A DNA stretch of 64,000 nt from Macrostomum lignano. Lineage: Eukaryota. A model generated the notes under the pieces. The model ran no database searches. It was not told the DNA's origin and worked only from the letters and a program-made list of their open reading frames with translations. Location of the stretch: assembly GCA_002269645.1 (NCBI GenBank), contig NIVC01003581.1:25760-89759 (forward strand), written 5' to 3'. Of this stretch, positions 1-11,796 are shown in pieces (the stretch's first letter is position 1; every line of letters begins with the position of its first letter). A program made the position numbers and the translations under genes.

Positions 1-2604
1 GCGGATGCAGCTCTGTCAGCGGCTTGCTGTCGGCTGTCGATGTTGCGGGCGGCGTAGTCTCGCCGTTGGACTCAGTTGATTTCGTCGGCGGCTTTCGTCG
101 GTGACGGCGGGTCGGTCGCTTCTTGCTCGGTGGAGGACTAGGGTGGCTGCTGTCGTGGACCTTCGGCGCCGCTGCGCCAGTTATCGCGGCTGGCTGCTTA
201 CTTTGGTCCTCGACGGCGGCCTCTCGCTGAGCCTCCTCCAAACATTCAGCGTCGTCCTCAGGCCGTCTTGAGAGGCCGTCGGCGTTTTGGTGCTGACTTG
301 ATTTTCGATGCTGGATCTCGAACTCGAATTCGCTGAGGCGCTGTAGCCATCGTCCGAATATTCCTTCTTGTTGAGTTCGCCTTAGGATCCAGGTTAATGC
401 GGCATGATCGGTTCGGCAGATGAACTTCTTGGCCAGCAGGTAGAGTCTGAAGTGTCGCATTCCATCTACGACTGCCAAGAGTTCCTGTTTCGTAATCGGA
501 TAACGGGCTTCGGCCGGTTTGAGTCGCCGGGAGAAATAGCCAATTGGGCGCTCGATCCCGTCGGCTTGGCGTTGGCTCAGGCAGGCTCCGATTCTGGTCG
601 CAGAAGCATCCGTGTCCAGGATAAACATTACTTCCGGATCCTCGCTGAACTGCGGATACGCGAGCACTGATGTCGAAGTCATGGCTGCTTTGAGCTGATC
701 AAACGCGTCTTGCTGGGCTTTTCCCCATAGACAATTGAAATTTCTAATCTTCTTTTCCTTGATTAGGTCGTGGAGCGGAGCTGCAAGTTCTGCGTAGCCA
801 GGTACGAATTTAGCATAGTAAGCGCACGTGCAGACAAAACTCTTAAGCTGTCGGGCTGTTCTTGGTCTTGGCCAGGTTTGAATAGCTTCGATTTTCGCCG
901 GGTCGGTCTGATTCCATCTTTGGTTACTACGTGTCCCAGGTAGTTGAGGCTTGCCCGAAATAAATGGCACTTCTTGCCTTTGAACTTTAGATTAGCTTCT
1001 TGGACTCTCTTAAATACTTCTTCCATATGCCGTAGGTGGTCGTTAAATTTCTTAGAATAGACGATTACGTCATCCAGGTAGGCGATAGCACTTTTGTAGG
1101 CAATCCCGTTGAGCACAGCGTTCATGAGGCGCATGAAGCTGGCTGGAGCTGAACTTAACCCCATTGGCATAACATTGTAGGCGAACTGTCCGCGGTGCAG
1201 CGTGGCAAAGGCAGTCAGGTCTTGATCTTCCGGACGCAGAGGAATCTGATAGTAGCCGCTATTCAAATCGAATGTACTAAATAGCTGGCTTCCTTCGAGG
1301 CTGGCGAATGCTTCTTGAATATTAGGAATCGGGTACGGAAAATACTCGCACTTTTGATTCAGACTCCGGAAATCTTGTACAATTCTTAGGCTGCCGTCCT
1401 TCTTCGGGATGATCACCAGCGGGGTGTTGTAGCTAGAGAAACTCGGTCGAATCACGCCTTTGGCCAGCAGATCGTCGAGTAACTGGTCCACCTTGGGTAG
1501 CAGGTGCGGCGGGATCCTTCGCGTTGGGAGATGCACCGGATCTTTGTCCTTCAGTACGATTTTGTGGGTGACCAGATGAGTTCGGCCGAGATCGTGCGGC
1601 CCCTGCGAGAAGATGGTCTGGTACTTTCTCAATAGCTCGATGACTTGAGCGCGCTGGTCACTGGACAGATCCTCGCTGATATCGATCTCCTTAATCCAAG
1701 CATCGGGATCCTCGTCTTGGATTTGATTGACAGAGTCTTCTGATTTCGGCAGCGGGAAGAAATGTAGCTCGGGCAGTCTGATTGGTCTAGCAATCCCGAC
1801 TAGGGCATTCGCTCGCACTTTGATGGCTGTAGTGCCACGGTTGATCATTTCAATAGCGCCTTCTCCATTAGCCATGGAAATCAGGGCAGGCGCGGCGTCC
1901 AAGTGCTGCACATCTTCTTCACGACGAGCCGGTTTCAGCGGCTCGATCACGGCGGGTGTACCCTGGTTTTCTTCTCGTCCTTTGGCTAATTTGATTTTAA
2001 TTCGGGCAGATGATAACGGCGGCACAGTGGTGCTCTCGGCCGTGTAGATTCTGCACGTTGTAGCTTCGGTTCGCGTGTAGCGAAGCGGTGCGGCTGTGCC
2101 GTCCTTGAAAAACAGCATTCCGGCGGCGAGGTCCAGTGATGTGCTGTACTTCTCCAGGAACTCGAAGCCCAGAATGTTGTCATGCGATCCTTTCGCTAGC
2201 AGAAACTTGACTGTAGGCTCAAAATTACCAATCTTCACTTTGATAGATAGTTCTCCTGCCATCTGAATTGGCTCACCATTGTAGGTCACGATGCGCTGAA
2301 GGCAGGGCTTGATTTGGCCACGCAGGGTCGGGTCGTCAGTACATAGGCGGTGCCAGGTGCTGAATCCTAGGACTTCACACTTGGACCCGGTATCAAGCAA
2401 GAAAGCAAAATAGCGGCCTTGAATCTCACCAGTTAAAAACGGATCTCTCCGAGGTCGCTTGGGTGCAGAATTCTGTACAGGTGCGGCGGAGGCTGTCTCA
2501 GCAGTGGCCTGCTGAGCGACTAAAGTCCTCGGCGGGGACTTCAGTACTGGCGCGGCTGCTGGATGGCGCTGCCCCCGATGGCGCGTCCAGCCGTCCCGTT
2601 TCCC
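1..2604 (-). CDS. pol: Gypsy Pol (aspartic protease, RT, RNase H, start of a low-complexity spacer); single 1-nt frameshift at ~909
   Basis: FLLDTGS; LRIVQDFRSLN, FDLNSGYYQI, MPMGLSSAPASF, YLDDVIV. At ~909 ATC AGA CC (copy 2: ATC AAG ACC) shifts the frame; the corrected frame reads DPAKIEAIQTWP...DTDAS...ELLAVV...TDHAAL...NADGLSR, open to base 1. Confidence 0.92.
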
Positions 2605-2736
2605 GAGCTGCCGTTGCGCTGAGACGCGGTGCTGGCCGACCGCCGGTGCGGGCACTCATCGGCACGATGCTCGCGATTGCACCTGTAACACATGGCATTC
2701 TGCCGTCGCAACTGGTAAGGCGGCGGCCTTGAACTC

Positions 2737-2768
<32 letters not shown>

Positions 2769-3935
2769 ACGTTGACCTCCTGCTGGCGGCGTTCTCGGCG
2801 GAGGGTTGCTGCCGTCTCGTGGTTGCTGAAGTCGATGGAACGGTTGCTGTGGCACCATTTGCGTGCCGGGTGTCGTAAATTGGGCGCTTCCGTCGGCGCT
2901 GCGGCGAGGAGTCGAGGGTACCAGACATCTGGAGCGTTGGCCCCACGGGTCCCGCGGCTGGTGGCGAGGCTCCAATGGCTCCGGGGTGTCGTTGTCGCGC
3001 GATCCCCGTGAGTAGAATTCTCGCATCTCGTTACTCAATGTCTCCAGTAGGCGTCGCTGCTCCTGCAGAGTTTCGGCTTGTTGTTCCATCACTTCACGCA
3101 ACCAGTTCTCCTCGGGCCGAGATGACTTGTCGTGTTGCACCACAGTGGGCGTCTGACCATTGTCATCTTCGAGGACCCGGACATGTCTCGCTGCTGGCGG
3201 CGGTGCTACTCGCTGAGCCAGACTAGCTGCTGTCTCCAAGCGTAGCACGGCCCGTCTCGCTGCGGTCAGATTCTGCGGTCGCACCAGGATTAGCTGTTCT
3301 CTCGCCGACTGAGCAATCCGCACTCCCACTGTGAACTGATCAACCAGTTCAGCCTGCTTCTGAACCGGGGTAAAATGCGGAAATGCTCTATCGGCCAGAG
3401 CAATTAGTCGATCGCCATAGTCGTCAACGCTCTCGTTCTTGCCTTGCTGGCAGCTTCGGAACTGCTCCCGGTACTCCAGCGTGTCGGCCACATGCGTAAA
3501 ACGTTCAGACAATCGCTGTTTGAACTCACCAAACGTTAGATTGTCTGGCAGCTCCATCCTGACGACTGCGGGATAGGTGGTGGCGATATCCAGATTCACG
3601 AGGACCTCCGCCTTCTTGCGTCTGTCGTCTGTGATCCCGTTGAGCTCGCAACGCTCCTCCAGAGCCTGGATCCAGACGTCGAATTCCTGGTTCTGCGTAT
3701 ACCGCTGAATCTTGACCGGTTTCGGCGCTGGAGCTCGATCCTGCTGCTGGGGCTGCTGGTACACATGGTGATGGTGTTGCGGCTGGCCCAGGCTGGTCTG
3801 CTCCAGTCGCCGGCGCACCTCTTCGGTCACCGCGCGAATCATCTCGTCGTAGGTCGGTCTTGTCGTTGAGTTGTCGGGGCCCGCGGCGTCGGCTGTCGCG
3901 TCCGCGGTCGTTGAATTAGTATTAGTTGAAGCCAT
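2541..3935 (-). CDS. gag: Gypsy Gag (464 aa), intact
   Basis: Open ORF; capsid-like FDVWIQALEERCELNG region, polyQ tract, zinc knuckle CYRCNREHRADEC (CX2CX3HX4C). Confidence 0.92.
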
Positions 3936-3984
3936 AGTAGTGTAGCGTTTGAACGACTCGTTGAAAGGGTTTTGGCGTCTCGTT

Positions 3985-4005
3985 ATCCCACTTAGCTGAC
4001 CACCA
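3985..4005 (-). promoter_or_regulatory. Primer binding site (tRNA-Leu-like) of Gypsy copy 1
   Basis: Minus strand TGGTGGTCAGCTAAGTGGGAT directly after LTR end ...CCTCA-T; resembles the complement of the tRNA-Leu 3' end (ATCCCACTYCTGACACCA). Confidence 0.75.
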
Positions 4006-4006
4006 A

Positions 4007-5060
4007 TGAGGCAGGGGTGGAGGAGATTTTCTTGGAAATTGGGCGGTTTTGAAAATTTGCTGACACCAGTGAGCTGGGCGGATTCCTCGTTTGAATTTCC
4101 GCCGAATGTTGAGTTCGCACGAATAAAACCGGAAAAATCGCGCAGACGAATCTCAACAGGAAAATCTTTCTCCTTTTACTCCGGCTGCCGGGTTCTCAAG
4201 TCCGGGGGGAGGGTAGTCGTAATCGTAGCGAAGCGGTCGTGTAGCGGCGAGGTCGTTCAAATCGATGAAACACTGTAATTGGAGATTCCTGACTCCGTAA
4301 AATAATGCGTCGAATAGCTGAGTTTGCTACTTTCAGTAGGGTAGTTGCTGCCACCACCGTAATTTACGTATTACGGAACGGATAAGTCCCAGAGCTATCT
4401 TTGAGATGAGGACTTGGTTATTTTATGCTCCACGGGCAAATGATTCAATAAAACGCTATGGCTTAATGTCAACGGGTAAATATAGATTAATGTATGGTTA
4501 ATGGTTAACGTTATTATTATTAACTGTAAGCAGGCGAAAGTAAATAATATTATTATTGTCGACGAGGATGATGTTCGCAGGCGGTACCTGGGTGCTGAAT
4601 GCGATCGGGATTTAATACAACTGGGCGCGCTGAATATTAAGTACGAAGGAAAAAACGCGGGCACAGAAGAGGAAGAGAAAGGGAGCGGGAGAAAGAGGGA
4701 GAGAGAGAGAGCAGCAATTACACCAAAAGATAAGGGGTTTAAATAGACCGCAGAAATGGTTCTCACAATGGAGCAACGGCTGGGCTAGGTGGTGGGCACG
4801 CACCATTCACAACATGGATTTTCGCAAAAGTTACCGTAATGAGCGCATTTTAACAAACCTCCAGTATGAGGGCATGCATGAACACCGCGTGGATTAAACG
4901 GTGGACAAACCCGATGGACGAAGTCCAACTCGGGGAAAGGTTGGACTCGAACCACGCTAAGGAAAAAAAAAACAGAAACGAAGCATCACGCGGACAGTCA
5001 AAATTAGTCACCGTCACAGGTCCCGTTCACTAAAATCAATAGTGGCATCCGCCTGCCACA
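4007..5060 (-). repeat. 5' LTR of Gypsy copy 1 (~1.05 kb)
   Basis: Inverted termini TGAGGCAGG...CCTGCCACA; first ~400 bp homologous to 23527-23900; TATA-like TATTTAAA followed by a pyrimidine tract on the minus strand near 4740. Confidence 0.75.
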
Positions 5061-7054
5061 GTCTGAATGTCTGTCGGGAAACCAATACATGCCACAATAC
5101 CACAAAGCCCTAGAGCAAGATTATTTCTATAGAGCAATAATTGACAATTAAATATTATTGCACATCTAAATAATCACTATTCAAGCTCAGGAAAATAATA
5201 TCATATTTGTATTCATGCCTTGACCTTGACAAACAAATTAGGCTAACAAATAGGGGCCTATGATATCAACCTATATATTTTTCTTATTGTATTAGCTTAG
5301 ACTACTATATTGTACAGCTTTGATTTGCTACTTTCCAATTACACAATTTATAAATGCCTTACTTTGCCATATTCAATAATTAACTAGGGCCTAGGTCTAA
5401 CAATATCATATTTTTACATTTATACTTATGACAATCTACTTATTGATATTTTTAACCTATTTTTATATATTTATTAATAACATTTGGCTTTAGGCCATTA
5501 GAGGGCTATTTTTAAATGTTACACTTAGAGAAATAGTGGCTATGGGTATGCAAACTTATAGAAATGGTGGCTGCCCTTAATAAGGACTAGGTAGATATAT
5601 TGGCCATGTCTGTATAATATAATGGCTGTGTCAATGAAGCCTGCATAATGCTACTAGCTGTGTCATTAATATTAAATGGGTTTATACTTATAGAAAAAAG
5701 GTAAGTGTCCCCTAGGTTTTTTGTAAGGTTAGAAATTCAGTTGCTATTTTGCCTTTAAGGCTCAAAATTTAGTTGCCAATGGCTATTTTTAGTTTGCCCA
5801 TTGGCAACTAGGGCCCTAGCAGAATTCTTGAGGATGGATATTTCCAAGGCTTTTTAAACATATATGCACTGTATGACTATAGGAATGAGTCTGTGACGTC
5901 TGTCTAAGAATTGCACTTATGATTGACATAGTCAATTTTTGCAACTTAGTATTTGCCACAACTTAGATCCATAGGACACTTTTATTTCAGTTACAATCAT
6001 TTTTTCAAATTGGCAACTAGCATAAGGAAAATAAAGTTGTTAGAATTGTTTTTGATGCCAAAAATACAGTTGCCAATGAGATTTTCTGGGGGCCAAAAAC
6101 CCCATATGGCCCAAAAAATGGTGTAGGACCAAGACTGTTTGCCACACACTAAGACTGCCATACTCAGGGAGCTAGGGGGAAGGAATTTGGCTTGCCATGT
6201 TATTGGATAGTGCTGAAGAAGGGTGAGACAAGGAGAGCCAGCAGGACAAGGCCGCGAGAGAAAACAGTAAGCAGGCCAAGTGGGTGAGTGAGCCAGGCTT
6301 CTCATTTTTTAAATTCATTTTTTACTTTTTAAATAACTATATAATTTAATTTTTAAATAATTGTTTAAATCATTTTTTTAAATAACTATAAGATATTGTT
6401 AAAATTACTCTAGTTGACTTGCAATCATTTTGGGCCATTTATTTATCTTATTAATGACCAATCTTGGGATGCTTTCTCCTCATCTAATTCCATAACCCAT
6501 CACAACCAATAACAATACTGGAAGATTAGTAGCTCCCCCTTAATTCCAGTAGCCAATAAGAGCTATAGCAGTCTTGGTATATGGTGGTCTTGGTTGTGCA
6601 CCTACAAAATATACCCAGAGTGTCTCTAATCTAGAATCTATTTAACACTAGGTCCTGCTTAAAACATGCAATATATATGCTTATAAAACTCAATATTAAA
6701 AAATATGAAAATTATTTGTAGACCCTGTATAATTAATTCCATGGTATATTGGCAAAAGCTAAAGAATAATACTTATCCTACTCATACTCATCTTGATATA
6801 TAAATTAATAACATCAAAACTTTCAACTAATATCAAATAGTAAAATAATATGATATCAGTTATATCTTAAGATTATTTAGGCCTAACCTATAAAAGTCTA
6901 TGACAATTTATAATAATACAGGTAACTAATACAGTCCAATGCTAGGGCCTAGTAATATGTAATAATACTGTAATGTTTCTTAAATTATAGTAGAGGCCTC
7001 TCTTGCCACAGTTAGTACATGTAGCCTATCTAACTTTTCAACTTCTTTTTCTAA

Positions 7055-7910
7055 TGTGGCAGAGTAAATATATGCCTGGGTGCTCTGGCTCATTCAAAGT
7101 TACCTCAAATAATCAATAGGGGTCGTTGCTGATATAAAAATACGGAGCGCAACTGCTTTTGTAATCTCGCAAATAAATTGTTTAGAAAACATTTTTCAAA
7201 ATGAGTTAAAACAAATGGACAATACTTCTCCAGGTTTTTTAAAGCGAAAATTGACTTTAAAATAATTTTAGTACACCAATTTTATTATTAAAATTTTTTT
7301 AATTACTCTTAGTTTTAAACGTTTACTTAAATTTTACCTAGTGGCTTATTAGTGGAAAAATTTCTTCAGCCACTCAATTGCCGACAATATGCACTTCCAC
7401 TTTCAAAGGGCAAAATTTGAAAGAAATTACTAGAGTTTTAGTTTTTCATTACTTTTCATTTAATTCAAATAATTTTTGTGACTTTTCACTTCCGCTTGAG
7501 TACTGACATGCCACTTTCGGTCCTCTAGCGGCATGCTAGCGGCTTTCCCAGTGGGTATATAGACAAAAATATGCAACGAGTGGTCCAAAGGGGTCAAACA
7601 CTGGTGGCAAAGGGTGGTCACGTAGACCAAGCAAAGAACAGACAGAAAATAACGCAGAAAATAAGGAGATAAACAAGGTTTCCAATAGAGGGACGCAAAA
7701 GACCAGAGAAAGGAATGGAAAAACCAACGCAAGAACAGGGAAAAGACGAAACAAACCAGCCACTGGGGCACAAGGTGGGCACACAGGACCAAAACTGGGG
7801 ACAGTGGGGAATGGGTCAAGGGTGGTTTATTAAGTCACGAAAAAAATTAAATTTCAAAATTAACATATTAATGTTCATTAGATTGTCAGTGGCAGCCCCT
7901 AACTGCCACA
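7055..7910 (-). mobile_element. Probable solo LTR of a related Gypsy family
   Basis: Termini TGTGGCAG...CTGCCACA; end AGTGGCAGCCCCTAACTGCCACA resembles LTR1 end AGTGGCATCCGCCTGCCACA; flanks CTAA/CTAC (4-bp TSD, one mismatch); similar purine-rich half. Confidence 0.55.
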
Positions 7911-8094
7911 CTACTTACTAAAATCGAGGCCTATTGCATATATTTAACAAATAACAATATTCACATTATAGATAGAATAGTAGAAATAGGCCTACTAGAT
8001 GCTAATTAGGCCTAATCTCAAATATCAATTGAATCTCAATTATCTTGAAAATATTTTTTTTGTTTTAAAATATAATATTGTCCAACCCTTAAAC

Positions 8095-10866
8095 CAGGGG
8101 TCCCCAACCTTCTATGGGCGGCGGGCCGCATTGACAACTGGCTTGGTGTGTGCGGGCCGCATGCTAATACACAAAACATGAAATACACAAAACCAAGCAA
8201 AAATGTCCATTTCCAAATGTCAAACAAAATCAATGAGATGGCTGGTGCTCCTTATCCTTCGACAGCAGTTCAACATTTGGCTTGATCGACGAAACAGCGA
8301 GCAGCAGTGCATCTTCGAGGTGGCCGTCAGTCAACTGCGCTCTAGTTTTGCTCTTGGTCAGCTTCATTCGGCTGAAGAGCTGTTCACATGCGTATGTAGA
8401 ACCAAACATGGCAGCAATCTTCGTGGCGTGTAGGACGAGGCCTGGAAAGTCAGCAGGCTTGATGCCCTGGCTCCAAAATCCCATTGGGGAGGTGCAGCCG
8501 AACTTTGCTTTGAGCTCGTCAGAACAATGAAGCTCAATGAGCTCCATCTGCAGATTGGCAGGCACTTCATCAGCATCCAGGTCGAAAGGGCTGCTGAATA
8601 GCTTCAGCTCCATTGAATTCGCTCGCAACTCCGAGAAGCGGTTGGCGAACTCGTCCCTCAGGTCCGAAAGGGCGTCAGCGTACTTCTGGGCAGCTGAATT
8701 AGTCAGCTCGAAAGTTGCAAGGTTGGGAAAGTGTGTGAGCTCTCGATTCTTTATCTGTGCTTCCCACAGCCTGAGCTTGGTCTCGAATGCCTTGATCTTG
8801 TTTATCATGTCTGGCACAAGGACGCCACGGCCTTGCAGCTGGGTGTTCAGGGTGTTGAGGTGCCCAGTCAGGTCAACAAGGAAGGCGAGGTCTTGCACCC
8901 ACGCTGGGTCAGTGAACTCCTGGACAGCAGCTCCCTTTGAATCCAAGAAGTCGGCTAGCTCCTCCCTCAGATCGAAGACTCTTTGCAGCATCTTCCCGCG
9001 GCTGAGCCAGCGCACCTCACAGTAATAGAGAAGGTCCCCATACTGTGCTTTGGCCTCTGACAGCAAGTCCCGGAACTGGCGGTGATTCAGGGCCCGAGCT
9101 AGCACAAAATTCACCGCCTTCACCACGACGCCCATAACGGACGTTATGGTGGTCGACTTTGCACAGAGGACTTCTTGGTGTACGATGCAGTGGATGCGCA
9201 TGATGTCCTGCATATGTCCCTGGTCCCGGCAGTGCTTTACCAGGAGGGAAGCAAAGCCCTTGGTTGGCCCAACCATGGCAGGTGCACCGTCAGTGGTAAT
9301 GGCACACAGGCGTGATAGATCCAGCTCGAATTCCTGCACCAACTTTAGCACGCACTGCAGGATGTCGGCACCAGTGGTGGTTCCTTGCATCGGCATCAGC
9401 CGGACGAATTCTTCCACTACGTCAAAGGTGTCCGTGACGCCACGAAAGAAGATGGCGAGCTGAGCTGTGTCCTTGACGTCGGTAGACTCGTCGAGGGCAA
9501 TGGAGAAGAAACGTGCACTGTGGCAGCGCTGCTTAAGCGTTGAACGAATGTCGATTGCCATCTCTTCAATGCGGCGAGTGATGGTGGAAGCAGAGAGGCT
9601 GATGTTGGTGAAGAGATCCTTTTTTTCTGGGCAGACTTCCTCTACAGCGGCCATCATGCACTCCTTTACAAATGCCCCGTCGGTGAAGGGCTTTAGCTGG
9701 GTCGCTACCAGGTGGGCAACTCGGTAGCTGGCGCGCGTGTTGCGGATTGCGGCAGATTGAGCCAGATTCACAGGCTTTTTAAAGAGGGCATTCTGCCGGT
9801 CCAAGTTGGCTGCCAAGCGAGTGAACTCAGTCTTGCGCTTGTCCTCCGGCATGTCCACAAACTTGGCATGGTTCGTGGTGAAGTGCCGCTTCACATTGAA
9901 CTCCTTGCATACGGCGATCGTCTCCTGGCAGATGACACACAGCGGCTTCCCCTTGCGCTCCACGAAAAAGAACTGACACCAGTCGGCATTAAAGGAGCGC
10001 TTCTCCTCCGCGATCTTCCTCTTTTTTGCAGCGTGTGCCATCTGGAACTATAGAGTTACTGAGTTATAGAGTTACTCCTTGCTACTGGTCCACCATTTTA
10101 AGGAACTCTACTGGCATTTAAGGGCCAATAAACAATGTACACCCATGAAAAAGGGTGTAGAAGAAAAATCGATAAGTTTCTATTGGTTACAAGAACTATG
10201 GGCTGGACTAGAGACGAAATGCCACCCCCAGCGAGGCTTTGGGCCGCAGACCCGTCAGGCCGTTTCATTGTACAGTGAGAAAGAAGCAGCCAATAAACTG
10301 CTAGCGAGAATATACTAGTGCGGGGGGAGGGAAAGTGGGGGGTTGTGTTGTGCGTCACTCCCCCTTCCCCCACGCATGCGTAGCCAGATATGGAGAGAGA
10401 GGTTTGAAGCGGTGAGGGGTTGAATCAGCGGAGGTTGAATCAGCGCACTGTGGGGGAGAGAAAATATCGACTGAACTAAACTAGCTTTCATGAGAGAGAG
10501 AGAGGCAGTAGAGCCCTTACCCCCAACCCCCACCTCCTTTGCCTTGAACCTTATTGATATTAGCTAGCATTCCTTCCTACTTTTCACTTCAACTCTTGAC
10601 TGCATGTACATTTGTGCGCTAGGAGTGGCTAAAATAGCAATCCAAATGAATTGAAGCGTCGCTTCTAGCGGTTGGGGGGGTAAGAGATTTCTGGGCATAT
10701 TTTCAATACAGCTAGGAAAACTTTAACATTTTCGGGGGCCGCAGTGAAATCCAGTGATAGACTTGGCGGGCCGCATGTAATGCAAACTACTGGAAGGTGC
10801 CGCGGGCCGCACAAAAAGGGCTTGCGGGCCGCATGCGGCCCGCGGGCCGCAGGTTGGGGACCCATG
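8095..10866 (-). mobile_element. Full-length hAT DNA transposon, Buster/Charlie (SPIN/GTF2IRD2-like) group
   Basis: 16-bp TIRs CAGGGGTCCCCAACCT / CATGGGTCCCCAACCT (1 mismatch); exact 8-bp TSD CCTTAAAC (8087-8094, 10867-10874) with central TA; subterminal GGGCCGCA repeats at both ends. Confidence 0.96.
8230..10041 (-). CDS. hAT transposase (603 aa), intact
   Basis: KKRK NLS, BED finger (CVIC...RH...H), ALDESTD, TTDGAPAM, HCIVHQE, CEVRWLS, STYACEQLFS; no stops or frameshifts. Confidence 0.95.
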   Translation of the reverse strand: MAHAAKKRKIAEEKRSFNADWCQFFFVERKGKPLCVICQETIAVCKEFNVKRHFTTNHAKFVDMPEDKRKTEFTRLAANLDRQNALFKKPVNLAQSAAIRNTRASYRVAHLVATQLKPFTDGAFVKECMMAAVEEVCPEKKDLFTNISLSASTITRRIEEMAIDIRSTLKQRCHSARFFSIALDESTDVKDTAQLAIFFRGVTDTFDVVEEFVRLMPMQGTTTGADILQCVLKLVQEFELDLSRLCAITTDGAPAMVGPTKGFASLLVKHCRDQGHMQDIMRIHCIVHQEVLCAKSTTITSVMGVVVKAVNFVLARALNHRQFRDLLSEAKAQYGDLLYYCEVRWLSRGKMLQRVFDLREELADFLDSKGAAVQEFTDPAWVQDLAFLVDLTGHLNTLNTQLQGRGVLVPDMINKIKAFETKLRLWEAQIKNRELTHFPNLATFELTNSAAQKYADALSDLRDEFANRFSELRANSMELKLFSSPFDLDADEVPANLQMELIELHCSDELKAKFGCTSPMGFWSQGIKPADFPGLVLHATKIAAMFGSTYACEQLFSRMKLTKSKTRAQLTDGHLEDALLLAVSSIKPNVELLSKDKEHQPSH

Positions 10867-11074
10867 CCTTAAACCATACTATATTTTAGTTTTGAAACTA
10901 TAGCTAATACCAAAAACATGCAAAACTAGGGATTGCAATCCCAAGATCCCTGGATCCTGAAATCCCAAGATTGGACCAAAATTCTGGGATTTCCAAGAAC
11001 TAATTTTTGTTATTATTTTTACAAAAATTGTTATAAAATAAACATAATTGGGCCCACAATATAGAAGTATATAT

Positions 11075-11385
11075 GTGAAAGAGAAGGCTCGGCCCAGCTG
11101 TTCGTCAAGAAGGTTGCGTGTGGATGCCGGAGGCATGATGCTGCAGAGTTGCCGCCAAGGGGCATCAATTTACACCTGGCCCTTTTCAACGGCTTGTGTG
11201 TAGGCGTGGAACAGTGCCTGTCGTAGGCGGATGCGCACCAGTGCTGCTCTAGTCGCAGCTGCGTTGAACACTCAGAGGGTAGACGCGTCCTCCTGACTGA
11301 GCCACGGTGCCCGGTGCAGGGTAGCCTCCAAATCAGACGCGCGAAGGGCAGGGTCGCTGGTTGATGATTGATTTGAGCCGGACAT
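11075..11385 (-). pseudogene. Decayed coding fragment of unknown protein
   Basis: One frame from ATG 11385 (MSGSNQSS...LGRAFSF, ~104 codons) broken only by TGA 11272 and TAA 11170; GC-rich island in AT-rich DNA. Confidence 0.5.
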
Positions 11386-11796
11386 GCCGTCGCAGTTGTA
11401 CCCAAAGGGCAGGAGCAATTGATAAACAAATATATGTACAGGATTAATTACAAAGGGACGATGAAGGATAGCGCAGTCAAAATAATAGCCAAAGGAAAAA
11501 TATGCATAGCAGAGAGACAAATTACAGTTTAAGAAAATTGGGACCAAAGTTAAAACGCTGCCTTAAATACAACAAAATTTCACCCGCTGCTGGAGAAGGT
11601 TTCCAACCACGGGGGACGACCACCACCCCGCTTGTACTCTATGGCAGGCACACACGGAGGTGGGGTAGGTGACAAATAGTAGAGTTATAAAACGGATAGC
11701 TAACCGCGGCAGGGGGGTCCAAATTGAATGAAATCAGGGTGCCTTAAACAGCTCACATAAAAGGGTCAGCTGTTAGAAAACTGAATAAAGCATAAA

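Larger units (their letters stand above)
1..5060 (-). mobile_element. Ty3/Gypsy LTR retrotransposon copy 1 (Mag-like); 5' LTR, PBS, gag, PR-RT-RH visible; integrase and 3' LTR lie beyond the left edge
   Basis: gag 3935-2541, pol in the -1 frame with protease (LLDTGS), RT (YLDD) and RNase H (LDTDASATRIGACL); LTR and tRNA PBS directly upstream of gag. Confidence 0.95.

Noticed and set aside
7055-7910. 7055-7910 as the 3' LTR of Gypsy 2
   Set aside because: Does not match LTR2 internally, has no PPT, and its own flanks look like a TSD.
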